NCBI GenBank assembly: GCA_045614345.1
Contig: JAZLCR010000034.1
Span: 1 to 49,560 of the forward strand
Source of the DNA: Candidatus Onthoplasma sp.
Lineage (GTDB): Bacteria; Bacillota; Clostridia; Christensenellales; UBA1242
DNA: 49,560 nt
Direction of reading: 5' to 3'
Below are positions 7,143 to 16,394 of this stretch, one piece after another (position 1 is the stretch's first letter; the number at the start of each line of letters is the position of its first letter). Below the pieces are notes generated by a model, which was not told the origin of the DNA, made no database searches, and worked only from the letters and a program-made list of their open reading frames with translations. A program made the translations under genes and the position numbers.

Positions 7143-8669
7143 ATGGATAATGTAAATTTAAGTGAATTTGAAATTAAAGTTGAAAAAATTAAAAAACTCG
7201 AATCAATGGGAGAAAAGGCTTACAAAGCAAAATTTCACAAAACTCACGAAATTCACGACCTTGAAAAATATGAATTGGGAACAAAGGTTAGTGTTGCAGG
7301 TCGTATGACTTTTAAGCGTACTTTTGGTAAGCTTATTTTTGCTCGTCTTTATGCTATTGGTGACAATTTTGATTGTGATTTAACAAGTGATATGAGAACA
7401 AGCGTGCAAATTAGTTTATCACTCAATATTGTTGGTGCAGATGCTCTTCAAAAATTTAAAGATTTCTGCGATATTGGTGATTTTGTTGGAGTTAACGGTG
7501 AACTTGTTAGAACTCAAACTGGAGAACTAACTGTTCAAGTTGACACTTTTGAATTGCTTTCAAAAGCTCTTCGTGGACTCCCTGAAAAGTTCCATGGTCT
7601 TGTTGATGTTGATGCTAGATATCGTCAAAGATATTTAGATATCGTTTCAAATGAAAAATCTCGTAAGGCTGTTTGGGTGAGATTTAAAGTTACTCAATTT
7701 ATTCGTGATTTCTATATTAAACACGGATTCTTGGAAGTTGAAACACCAATTCTTCAAAATGCTGTTGGTGGTGCGCTTGCAAAACCTTTCCACACTCATC
7801 ACAATGCTCTTGATCTTGATATGAACTTAAGAATCAGTCCTGAAACATTCTTAAAGCGTGTTATTGCTTGCGGATTTGACAAGGTTTTTGAAATTGCAAA
7901 AGATTTCAGAAATGAAGGTCTTTGCGTTGACAAACTTCAAGAGTTTACAATGCTTGAAAGTTATGCTGCATATTGGGATTTTGAAGATAGCATTAAGTTC
8001 TACACAGAACTTTTCAGAGAAGTTTGTAAATATGTTTTCGGAAAATATGAATTTATGTCAAATGGAAGAATGATTAGCCTTCCAACAGAATTCCCAAGAA
8101 TGGATTATGTTGCAACATTAAATGATATTTTAGGATTTAATGTTCTTGATATAACGGATGCAGATGAATTTAAAAAGCTCGTTTTAGAAAAAGGTTTGTT
8201 GGAAGAATATGAACTTGCAGATCAATTCACTGTTGGTGGAATTATTGATTTGCTTTACAAGAGAAAAATGCGTCCAAACATTGTTGAACCAACGATTTTA
8301 TACAACTATCCTAACGTTGTTCCGCTTGCTCGTTACAACGATGCAGATGATAGATTGATTGAAATGTTCCAACTTGTTATTGATGGACAAGAAATGATTA
8401 AAGGTTATAGCGAGTTGGTTAACCCAATTCAACAAAAACACAATTTTGAAGAACAGGCAAAAGCAAAACAAAGAGGTGATGCTGAAGCCATGGATTACGA
8501 TAAAGAATATATTCTAGCAATGGAACATGGGTTCCCACCAATTTCAGGTATTGGATTTGGAATTGACGTTTTCATTTATCACTTGCTTGATTGTGAAAAT
8601 ATTAGAGATACAATTTTATTCCCAATAACAAAACCATTAGATAATGAAAAGGAAGAAAATCAAGATTAG
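7143..8669 (+). CDS. lysS: Class II lysyl-tRNA synthetase, full length but with substituted ATP-site residues
   Basis: OB-fold (VAGR, GDFVGV.G, TGEL), LPEKFHGL, RYRQRYLD, FLEVETP, FRNEG, YSEL and HGFPP. Motif 3 reads GIDV instead of GIDR. Confidence 0.88.
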   Translation: MDNVNLSEFEIKVEKIKKLESMGEKAYKAKFHKTHEIHDLEKYELGTKVSVAGRMTFKRTFGKLIFARLYAIGDNFDCDLTSDMRTSVQISLSLNIVGADALQKFKDFCDIGDFVGVNGELVRTQTGELTVQVDTFELLSKALRGLPEKFHGLVDVDARYRQRYLDIVSNEKSRKAVWVRFKVTQFIRDFYIKHGFLEVETPILQNAVGGALAKPFHTHHNALDLDMNLRISPETFLKRVIACGFDKVFEIAKDFRNEGLCVDKLQEFTMLESYAAYWDFEDSIKFYTELFREVCKYVFGKYEFMSNGRMISLPTEFPRMDYVATLNDILGFNVLDITDADEFKKLVLEKGLLEEYELADQFTVGGIIDLLYKRKMRPNIVEPTILYNYPNVVPLARYNDADDRLIEMFQLVIDGQEMIKGYSELVNPIQQKHNFEEQAKAKQRGDAEAMDYDKEYILAMEHGFPPISGIGFGIDVFIYHLLDCENIRDTILFPITKPLDNEKEENQD

Positions 8670-9684
8670 TGTAATTGGAACAGGAAGATGGGCTTCAACT
8701 AATATTTGGATAGCAGTTAGAGGTGGTCACACTGTTAAATGTTGGGATAAGTTTGCAACAGACTTTATGCTCAATAAGAAAAATAAACACGTAGACTTAA
8801 GCGATAGTGAAAATGTTATTTGCTGTTGGGATTTGAAAGAAACTTTAGATTATAGCGATATTGTTATTATTTCGATTCTCAGTCAGGAACTAGACAATCT
8901 TATGGATGAAGTTTGCAAAATACCAAATTATCAAAACAAAAAATATTGTTTGGCAATGAAAGGTGTTGAGGCAGAAACGGGAAGAACCCTAAGCGAAATA
9001 ATGATTGCATATGGAGTTAATAAAAACAACATTGCAATTTTGGCAGGTCCTGGTCAACCAGATTCAATCGTTGAAAACAAGAGGATAAACAAAATGGTTG
9101 TATCTTCATATGATTATGGTTTAGCAAAAGAAATAAGCGAAATAATCAAAACAGAAAACTTCAGTTTGTTCCCTTGGCCAGATGTTCAAGGATGTGAATT
9201 ATGTGCTGCTGCTAAAAACGTATATAGTGCGCTTGGCGGAATGTGTGAGGGAGCAGAACAAAAAACTCTTAAAGGTCAAATTATGAGTGTTAGCATGCAT
9301 GAAATGCAAAACTATTTAAAAGGCATGAACTGCAATCCTGAAACAGTCATTCACTTATCACTTTTGGCAGACTATAATGCAACGCTTTATGATCCTGTTA
9401 GTCACAATTTAAATTATGGAATTGAAGTTGTTAAACAAGGAAGTATTAATCCAAATTTGGACTTTAATTCAATTGAAGGAAAGTACGCGGTTAAAGGACT
9501 TTTAAAAAGATTATATTTAAGAAATCAAAATCATAGTGATTTCATGCAGATTCATGTTCCGCTTATGGAAACGTTTGAAAAAATTGTTGATGAAAAAATT
9601 TCTCCATCTCGAATAATTCCAGAAGTTGATGAGGCTATAAACTCATCCTTAAGTGAATGGACAGAAAAAAGTTTTGATTTGTAA
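8644..9684 (+). CDS. gpsA: NAD(P)H-dependent glycerol-3-phosphate dehydrogenase family protein (divergent)
   Basis: Rossmann GTGRWA, MKGVE, GPG, AAKNV (catalytic Lys), D...T, SHN and EG; overlaps lysS by 26 nt. Confidence 0.82.
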   Translation: MKRKKIKISVIGTGRWASTNIWIAVRGGHTVKCWDKFATDFMLNKKNKHVDLSDSENVICCWDLKETLDYSDIVIISILSQELDNLMDEVCKIPNYQNKKYCLAMKGVEAETGRTLSEIMIAYGVNKNNIAILAGPGQPDSIVENKRINKMVVSSYDYGLAKEISEIIKTENFSLFPWPDVQGCELCAAAKNVYSALGGMCEGAEQKTLKGQIMSVSMHEMQNYLKGMNCNPETVIHLSLLADYNATLYDPVSHNLNYGIEVVKQGSINPNLDFNSIEGKYAVKGLLKRLYLRNQNHSDFMQIHVPLMETFEKIVDEKISPSRIIPEVDEAINSSLSEWTEKSFDL

Positions 9685-9685
9685 G

Positions 9686-9713
9686 AAAAGCACGACGTAA
9701 GTCGTGCTTTTTT
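9686..9713. terminator. Bidirectional terminator between gpsA and the sipL-like gene
   Basis: AAAAGCACGAC-gtaa-GTCGTGCTTTTTT between convergent genes. Confidence 0.88.
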
Positions 9714-11222
9714 CTACCTTTTGATAATGATTTTTTCACCACCTTGCATAACCATTGGTAGTTCTTTGTTATATTTATGAATATCCTCTGGAGAAATCTT
9801 AATACGTTTACACAATTCCCATAAGCTTTCATTCGGTTTTGCAATATAAATTTGAATATCGTATTTTTGCATATCTAAAGGTTTGCCAATTTTGAATGAA
9901 TCAACAATTTCATATGATTCATTAACATAAATACTTAAGCGAATAAATAGTGTATATTCAGTTTCAATTATTGTGCCTCTTTTAACTTTAATTTTTGAGT
10001 CCACAACAGAAATAAAGTTATGAACACATTCAAACTCTTCAGCTTGCAATTTTGTGTCGATAACAAAAGGAGATTCTAGTTGTTTGTGCTTAAGTTCCTT
10101 ATTTTCATCAATGTATGTCGCATTAGAAGATATAATACCTTCAACAACAATTGAGTTGTTTTTAACGTAGCAATTGGTTATTTCTGGCACAATATTTAAG
10201 TTTGAAATTATTTCGTCGATTGCAGGTTCACTGGTATTTAATACTGTTTCATTAGAGATTGTTTCGCTAATTGAAAATTCCTCCATCTTTTTTGTGAATT
10301 TTCTTTTTGAAATACTTGTTTCAATGCTGTTTGCAACGCTATAAACATCGTCGACGATGTTAATTGAAACATTTTTTAAAACAACTCCCGACACATAAAT
10401 TTTATTTTTTAATGTTATCACATGAACATTGTTTTCTTTTTCGATTTCAATTTCTTCAAAAGATTTATCAACAACAAAAGATAAATCTAAAATATCATCT
10501 TTTGTTAATCCAGCAATTTCAATGTCTTGTTTTATATTATTTGTTTCATGCAATTCTTTAATTGTTGAATCATTGTCGCTAATGCTTTCAAAAAGAATAG
10601 AAGTTGACAATTTTCCCTCAACAACAGCATATCCATCCTGTGCTGAAACTTTTTCTGGAGAAAAATAAGAGTTTAAGCATAATATCTTATCAACAGAAGA
10701 TTTTGATTCAAGATTTGTAACATAAAAGAAATTACTATTGATAGAACTTGAAACATAGTTGGTTGAAATTTCACATTTTTTGGTGATTAAAAGATCAGAA
10801 CTAATGAGATTATTATTCAATGACAAATTCAGATAGGCAATTGGTGAGATATTAACATCACAGTTGATTTTCAAAATGCCATCAGTTGATAAAACATTAT
10901 GTGAGATGTAGGCATCTGAAATGTTTAAATAAGTTTCACTATTTATTAGGTTATCAATATATGTTTCTGTGAAGTTCAACGAATCGGAAATTGTGTTGGT
11001 TATGTTATCAGTATCTAGGAATAAAACTTTAACTCCAATTTTGCCTGAGAAAATTGCTTTTCCGTTACTACATTCAACTTTTTGGTCAAACAGATAGGCT
11101 TTAACGTCCAACAAAGTTTTAATGCTGGTGTTGCTATCTATAGGGATATTGATTGTTGAATTAAAATTAAATTTATTTAAATTTTTAGTGTAAGTGATTT
11201 TTGAAATTGATTTATCTTCCAT
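9714..11222 (-). CDS. SPOCS (DUF3794) repeat + C-terminal LysM spore coat morphogenetic protein, SipL-like
   Basis: Three beta-rich repeats of the type 'G.....EG.I....LY' and a C-terminal LysM-like YIAKPNESLWELCKR...N; GGAGG RBS. Confidence 0.82.
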   Translation of the reverse strand: MEDKSISKITYTKNLNKFNFNSTINIPIDSNTSIKTLLDVKAYLFDQKVECSNGKAIFSGKIGVKVLFLDTDNITNTISDSLNFTETYIDNLINSETYLNISDAYISHNVLSTDGILKINCDVNISPIAYLNLSLNNNLISSDLLITKKCEISTNYVSSSINSNFFYVTNLESKSSVDKILCLNSYFSPEKVSAQDGYAVVEGKLSTSILFESISDNDSTIKELHETNNIKQDIEIAGLTKDDILDLSFVVDKSFEEIEIEKENNVHVITLKNKIYVSGVVLKNVSINIVDDVYSVANSIETSISKRKFTKKMEEFSISETISNETVLNTSEPAIDEIISNLNIVPEITNCYVKNNSIVVEGIISSNATYIDENKELKHKQLESPFVIDTKLQAEEFECVHNFISVVDSKIKVKRGTIIETEYTLFIRLSIYVNESYEIVDSFKIGKPLDMQKYDIQIYIAKPNESLWELCKRIKISPEDIHKYNKELPMVMQGGEKIIIKR

Positions 11223-11243
11223 GGAAATCCTCCTGTCTTAAAT

Positions 11244-11272
11244 AATGTATAATTGCAAACAGAAAAATATGC
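11244..11272 (-). promoter_or_regulatory. SigE-like promoter of the sipL-like gene
   Basis: Minus strand GCATA-16 nt-TATACATT resembles the SigE consensus; sipL is SigE-controlled in C. difficile. Confidence 0.55.
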
Positions 11273-11448
11273 CAGTTAAATAAAATTTCAAAAAAACAAA
11301 TGTTTAACATTTCATAGATTTTGTTATTTAAACAAGGATTTTTACTTATTTTGTTACGACTAAAATTCGTTAAATTAAAGGCTTTTTAACAAATAAAAAT
11401 GCTAATATTCGAAAAAGTGTTTCAATTAGACTTTTAATGCAAAAGACT

Positions 11449-11455
11449 TTCGACA
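11449..11455 (-). promoter_or_regulatory. Spo0A box upstream of spo0A
   Basis: TTCGACA, i.e. TGTCGAA on the minus strand; near-matches TTCGAAA around 11408 and 11553. Confidence 0.6.
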
Positions 11456-11595
11456 AAATATTAGCGTCTTCATAAAAAAATGCTAAAAACAAGCAATTTC
11501 TTTAAGTTTTCTTTTAGGTCTTTTTTTTGATTTTTGTTATTATAGACTTGTTTTCGAAAATACAAAAAAATTAAAAAGTTTAAAGGGGAATTAAA

Positions 11596-12345
11596 ATGAA
11601 AAAAACAACAATTATTCTTGCAGATGAAGACAACAAAACTCTTGAAGAAATGTCAAAAAGTTTTGCGGATGATAATTATGAAATTTTGGCAACAACAACT
11701 AATGGCGACGAGCTAATTAACTTAATTAATGATAAAAATCCTGATGTTGTTATTATGGATATTGTTTTGCAAAGCTGTGATGGTTTTAAGGTTTTGGAAA
11801 AGGTTAAAAACAAAAACACAAATATTATTGTTCAATCATCACTTTCAATTGATGGCTTTATAAACAAGGCAATCAGTTTGGGAGTAAAATATTATTGCAT
11901 AAAACCTTTCAATATGGAAAATTTAAAGGAAAGGATACAAGACATTATTAATCCTCAAGTTTCTCAAACAGGCGTTTTTTTTAACGCAAAATCTAACAAT
12001 CAAATTGAAGAAAAAATTACAAACATTTTTATAACAGTTGGAATTCCTGCCCATATTAAAGGCTATCAATTTTTGCGTGAGGCAATAAAACTTGCTATTG
12101 CAAATCCTGAAATTATCAACTCGATAACAAAGAAACTTTATCCAACAATTGCAGAAAAATATGACACAAGTGCCTCAAAAGTTGAAAGAGCAATTCGCCA
12201 TGCCATTGAAGTTGCTTGGAATAGGGGTAAAATTGAAAATATTAACAATCTTTTTGGAATTAAGGTTTATTCATCAAATGAGAAACCAACAAATGGAGAG
12301 TTTATCGCACTTGTTGCAGATAAAATGTTAATTGAAGGAGCTTAG
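11596..12345 (+). CDS. spo0A: Sporulation master regulator Spo0A
   Basis: Receiver domain (ADED, MD, KPF) plus effector domain GIPAHIKGYQFLREAI...TASKVERAIRHAIEVAW...KPTNGEFIA. Confidence 0.98.
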   Translation: MKKTTIILADEDNKTLEEMSKSFADDNYEILATTTNGDELINLINDKNPDVVIMDIVLQSCDGFKVLEKVKNKNTNIIVQSSLSIDGFINKAISLGVKYYCIKPFNMENLKERIQDIINPQVSQTGVFFNAKSNNQIEEKITNIFITVGIPAHIKGYQFLREAIKLAIANPEIINSITKKLYPTIAEKYDTSASKVERAIRHAIEVAWNRGKIENINNLFGIKVYSSNEKPTNGEFIALVADKMLIEGA

Positions 12346-12473
12346 AATTTTAAGTGAATTTTAAAAATTATCATTGATAGAATTTCTTTTTAAAATTATC
12401 ACACAAATGTGTTTAGCAGGCAATGACAAACAAATTCTTTAATCTATATTTTTTTGAAAAGATTAAAAAATAG

Positions 12474-12502
12474 TAGACAAAAAAAAATGTTCTCATTATA
12501 AT
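12474..12502 (+). promoter_or_regulatory. SigA-type promoter
   Basis: TAGACA-17 nt-TATAAT. Confidence 0.7.
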
Positions 12503-12529
12503 ATACTAAGTTAAATGGAGGAAGCATTT

Positions 12530-13033
12530 ATGGCAAGGTCTACTAAACCTGTGTGGATGTTGTGTCCACGTTGTGAATTAAATTACATTAAAAAGGCTGA
12601 TCAATATTGCAACGTTTGTAAAAAAGAAATGAAACTAATTGAGGCAAGTGAAGATGATATTGGAGATTTGGAACTCTGCCCTATTTGCAAATTAAACTTT
12701 GTTCAAAGCGATGAAGAAGTTTGCGAAAGTTGCCGTCAAGAATTGGGGATCACAATGGATGAAGATGCTGAAGATAGAGAGATATCCGACTGGCACAAAT
12801 ACATTGATGATGATGACGATGACGACGATGAAGATTCAGACGATGAAATCAACAACAATGACTATGATGAAGATGATGACACAGCTGGAATTGTTGAAGA
12901 TTTTGAGTTTGATGATGAATTAGATAAAGAACTTGAAGATGAAGAAGATGACGACGAAGAAGATGATGACGACTTTGATTTAGATGAAATTGAAGACGAT
13001 GAAGATGAAGAAACTGAAGATGATGATTTTTAA
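12530..13033 (+). CDS. Hypothetical protein: tandem Cys4 zinc-ribbon motifs + long Asp/Glu tail
   Basis: Start reassigned to ATG 12530 behind GGAGGA; CPRC..CNVC and CPIC..CESC, then a strongly acidic C-terminal half. Confidence 0.85.
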   Translation: MARSTKPVWMLCPRCELNYIKKADQYCNVCKKEMKLIEASEDDIGDLELCPICKLNFVQSDEEVCESCRQELGITMDEDAEDREISDWHKYIDDDDDDDDEDSDDEINNNDYDEDDDTAGIVEDFEFDDELDKELEDEEDDDEEDDDDFDLDEIEDDEDEETEDDDF

Positions 13034-13058
13034 AAAGACGGGAATTTTCCCGTCTTTT
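13033..13058 (+). terminator. Intrinsic terminator
   Basis: AAAAGACGGGA-attt-TCCCGTCTTTT. Confidence 0.88.
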
Positions 13059-13125
13059 GTCTTTTTTTGGAGTATTTGGTTAATATTTTAACTTTAGGTA
13101 AAAATAAAATTAGGAGAATGATATC

Positions 13126-13374
13126 ATGAAAAAAATGCCTAACACAGTTGAAAATATTAAACAAAAAATATTAGAGTTAAAGGGTAAAGAGGTCAACCTT
13201 TATATAAATCGCGGAAGAAGAAAGGTTAGTAGTTTACGTGCGAGAATTGAAGATGTTTATGCAAGTGTATTCACAGTTAAATCATGTTCGTTGGATTTGG
13301 AATCAATTTCAACTTATTCGTATAACGATATTCTTTGCGGAGAAGTTAAAATTTCCAAAGATTCAAAAAAATAA
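13126..13374 (+). CDS. veg: Veg family protein (DUF1021)
   Basis: NRGRRK, Y.SVFTV and YSYNDILCGEV motifs. Confidence 0.9.
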   Translation: MKKMPNTVENIKQKILELKGKEVNLYINRGRRKVSSLRARIEDVYASVFTVKSCSLDLESISTYSYNDILCGEVKISKDSKK

Positions 13375-13465
13375 CAATGCAGAAATAGACTGCATTTTTT
13401 ATTTGTTCTAATAAAGGTTGGTTAAACGTATAAGGTTAAGAATTGACTAATATTGAGGGGAAAAC

Positions 13466-13494
13466 TTGACTTTTGACAATATTTAACCTATAAT
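13466..13494 (+). promoter_or_regulatory. SigA promoter of hisS
   Basis: TTGACT-17 nt-TATAAT, about 20 nt upstream of the GTG start. Confidence 0.75.
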
Positions 13495-13514
13495 CAAATT
13501 ATAAGGAGAATGTT

Positions 13515-14768
13515 GTGAAAAATTTTAGTCCTATTCGTGGAACAAATGACTATTTGCCTAAAGAAGCAAAAATAAGAGAAATTGTTCGTCAGAAAATTTT
13601 AACATGCTATCAAAATAATGGTTACAATTTAATTTCAACCCCAATATTAGAAAATTTAGATTTGCTAAATATGAGTGATGGTGGGGACAATCTTAAATTG
13701 ATGTTTAAAACAGTTAAGCGTGGAGATAAGCTAAATTTAACAAAAGAAAATTTGATTGAATCTGATATTGTTGAGGAAGGTCTTCGTTATGATCTTACTG
13801 TTCCTCTTGCGAGATTTTATGCAAATAATCGTGAAAAACTACCAAATCCATTCAAAGCAATTCAAATCGATTATTCTTTTAGGGCAGAGCGTCCTCAACG
13901 TGGAAGATTGCGCCAATTCACACAATGTGATATTGATGTTTTTGGCGATGCATCAATTAATGCTGAATTAGAGTTGTTAAAAACATCGTTAGATACTTAC
14001 AAAACATTAGGATTTAACAAACTTACATTAAAAATAAATGACCGCAGAATTTTAAATCAATTGGTTTTGTTCGCAGGATTTAATCTCGGGGATGTTAACA
14101 CAATTTGTGTAACGCTTGATAAGATTGATAAGATTGCAGTAACAGGTGTTGTTATGGAACTTATTGAAAAAGGTTTCAACACAGAATGCATAAACAGACT
14201 AACAGAAGAAATTAATGATGTTTTAGAAAAAGGAATTGATGTTGTTGTTAAATATGGCGTTGAAGAAAAAATTGTTGAAGACTTAAAATATTTAATAAGC
14301 ACTTTAAACACTTTAACAAACAAACAATTTGATATTAAATTTGACATTTCAATTGTTCGTGGGCAAGGATATTACACTGGACCAATTTTTGAGTTCTATG
14401 CAGATGGTTTCAACGGAGCAATTGGTGCCGGTGGAAGATATGACAAGATGTTAGGGAAAATGATCGGCATGGCAGTTCCAGCAGTTGGTTCAAGCATTGG
14501 ATTTGAAAGAATTTCGCTAATACTACTTGAACAAAACAAAAACTTTGATTGCAAAGAAAATTTGGCATTAATCTATGACGCAGATGATTCAATTATTGAT
14601 GTGTTTAAAACCAAAGAAAAACTTATGGAGAATTACAATGTGTCATTGTTCAAACGTGCAAAAAACATGAAAAGTTTTTATGAAAAAGTTTGTGCAGTTG
14701 CAAATTGTGTTATCTCACACAAAGATTATGTTGAAGGAAAAGAAATCAAGATATTGAATAAGGATTAG
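13515..14768 (+). CDS. hisS: Histidyl-tRNA synthetase
   Basis: RGTND, LRYDLTVPLAR, RAERPQRGRLRQFTQCD, RGQGYYTG, GGRYD and GFER motifs. Confidence 0.97.
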   Translation: MKNFSPIRGTNDYLPKEAKIREIVRQKILTCYQNNGYNLISTPILENLDLLNMSDGGDNLKLMFKTVKRGDKLNLTKENLIESDIVEEGLRYDLTVPLARFYANNREKLPNPFKAIQIDYSFRAERPQRGRLRQFTQCDIDVFGDASINAELELLKTSLDTYKTLGFNKLTLKINDRRILNQLVLFAGFNLGDVNTICVTLDKIDKIAVTGVVMELIEKGFNTECINRLTEEINDVLEKGIDVVVKYGVEEKIVEDLKYLISTLNTLTNKQFDIKFDISIVRGQGYYTGPIFEFYADGFNGAIGAGGRYDKMLGKMIGMAVPAVGSSIGFERISLILLEQNKNFDCKENLALIYDADDSIIDVFKTKEKLMENYNVSLFKRAKNMKSFYEKVCAVANCVISHKDYVEGKEIKILNKD

Positions 14769-14771
14769 AAT

Positions 14772-15365
14772 ATGAAAAAAACAGTTGAAGAAGTAAAAAA
14801 TGAATTCATTGATTTGTTCAAAAAAAATATTAAAAGAGATGGAGCGGATGCTTTGCTCGATTACCTATTAAATCACAGCGACTTTTTCTTGGCTCCGGCA
14901 AGTGGGAGACGTCATTCGGCATTTGAAGGTGGGTTATGTTATCATTCTCTAAATACATACAGAAGATTTAAAAATAATATAATTCAAGAATATGGTGAAA
15001 ATTATGCTGAAAAAATTTCAGATGAAAGTATTGCAATAATTTCACTTCTTCATGATTTATGCAAGGTTAACACATACACGGTTGATTATCGAAATCAAAA
15101 AATTGATGGACAATGGGTTCAAGTTCCTTATTATGCATATAGCAATTCTCTTCCATATGGTCATGGCGAAAAATCTGTTTACATTATAAGTGGATTTATG
15201 CGTTTAACAAGAGAAGAGGCAATGGCAATAAACTGGCATATGGGAGGATTTGATCCAAGAACGCAAGCAACTTCCGATATGAGCGATGCTTTTTCTAGAT
15301 TTCCAATTGCTGTTTTATTCCATGTTGCAGATTTGGAAGCTACTTATCTTGATGAAAAAGATTAA
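14772..15365 (+). CDS. HD-domain phosphohydrolase
   Basis: APAS..H.A..GGL..HS, LLHDLCK, GHGEKS, WHMG and H.AD motifs. Confidence 0.9.
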   Translation: MKKTVEEVKNEFIDLFKKNIKRDGADALLDYLLNHSDFFLAPASGRRHSAFEGGLCYHSLNTYRRFKNNIIQEYGENYAEKISDESIAIISLLHDLCKVNTYTVDYRNQKIDGQWVQVPYYAYSNSLPYGHGEKSVYIISGFMRLTREEAMAINWHMGGFDPRTQATSDMSDAFSRFPIAVLFHVADLEATYLDEKD

Positions 15366-15444
15366 ATAATTTTTAATATATTCATATTATTGTTTGACTT
15401 GAAGCGAAAGTTTTTAGTATTATAAAAAAAAGAAGGGGTAACAA

Positions 15445-16299
15445 ATGAATATTATTGAATTATTAAAAGAGAGAGTGCAGATCTTTGCTGTTGATGATGT
15501 TGAAGTAAAGAGAACTCAAGAATTGGTTAATGCTGTTAATCAAAATTTTTTGGATATGGCTAACACAATTCAACAATTTAAAGAGTATAAAATTTCTCAA
15601 CTTAAAGGTGAGTTGCATACTAAAATTGTTATGGTTAAAAGTTTAGCTGAAGAGTTTGTAAATTGGCAAGCTGTTCAGGACGTTTATCATGCAGAAGAAA
15701 CAAATCAAAGAATGAAAATGATGGAGTTTAATGCTCAAAAAGCAAAGTTGATTAATAGTCTTAAGTCTTTGCTTAACGAATCGAAAAAGTCTCCAGTTGT
15801 TAGTTTATACGATTTGTTTGGTCAAGATTATCAATTATGTCCACAAGGTCATGAAGTTATAATTTTGGGCGATCATAACAGTCAAATCATTCAATACGCT
15901 ATTGATGTATTTGAAGAATGTTTGGTTGTTAAAGGAAATTTTGAAATGATCAGTGGAATAACACTTCAAGCAAACTATTCAACAGTTATGCAAAACGCAG
16001 AATTATGTAACAACAAGTTGGATGATGGAACAATTAAGCTTGCAAAAATTCACAGATTAAGACAAACTGTTGAACAAATGGTTGATGTTGGAAAGCAAGT
16101 GGTTATGTTCGAGACCTATAAAAATGCATTAACAAGCATCGGTGTTAAACCAAAAGATATACAAAGCAAAGAAAAAGCTTATGCAAAACTATATGTTCCA
16201 ATAAAAAAATTATTGCAAAAGGAATTGGGCGTTCAATTGGCAGATATTTGTGCGGTTGTTGTTGATGAAGGTGCATTTGCAACATCTAAGTTGATTTAA
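15445..16299 (+). CDS. Hypothetical protein, 284 aa, probably alpha-helical
   Basis: Long ORF with AAGGGG RBS and a terminator; no recognised motif. Confidence 0.75.
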   Translation: MNIIELLKERVQIFAVDDVEVKRTQELVNAVNQNFLDMANTIQQFKEYKISQLKGELHTKIVMVKSLAEEFVNWQAVQDVYHAEETNQRMKMMEFNAQKAKLINSLKSLLNESKKSPVVSLYDLFGQDYQLCPQGHEVIILGDHNSQIIQYAIDVFEECLVVKGNFEMISGITLQANYSTVMQNAELCNNKLDDGTIKLAKIHRLRQTVEQMVDVGKQVVMFETYKNALTSIGVKPKDIQSKEKAYAKLYVPIKKLLQKELGVQLADICAVVVDEGAFATSKLI

Positions 16300-16306
16300 T
16301 AATTTG

Positions 16307-16333
16307 AGAAAGCGGAATTTCCGCTTTCTTTTT
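16307..16333 (+). terminator. Intrinsic terminator
   Basis: AGAAAGCGGA-att-TCCGCTTTCT plus T-run. Confidence 0.85.
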
Positions 16334-16394
16334 TATTGGTTAAAGATTAATGAACGGGTTGAAATAAAATCTCATATATAATTAAGAGGTCAAA

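Noticed and set aside
8560-8640. Possible frameshift explaining the missing motif-3 Arg in lysS
   Set aside because: The downstream IRDTILFP is in frame at canonical spacing, so a single indel cannot explain it.
12800-13030. GAT/GAC/GAA triplet runs resembling a microsatellite
   Set aside because: Mixed codons encoding the acidic tail of a real ORF.
13375-13514. T-box leader for hisS (and likewise for lysS at 7034-7142)
   Set aside because: Promoters lie within ~20-30 nt of the start codons and no T-box motif is present.
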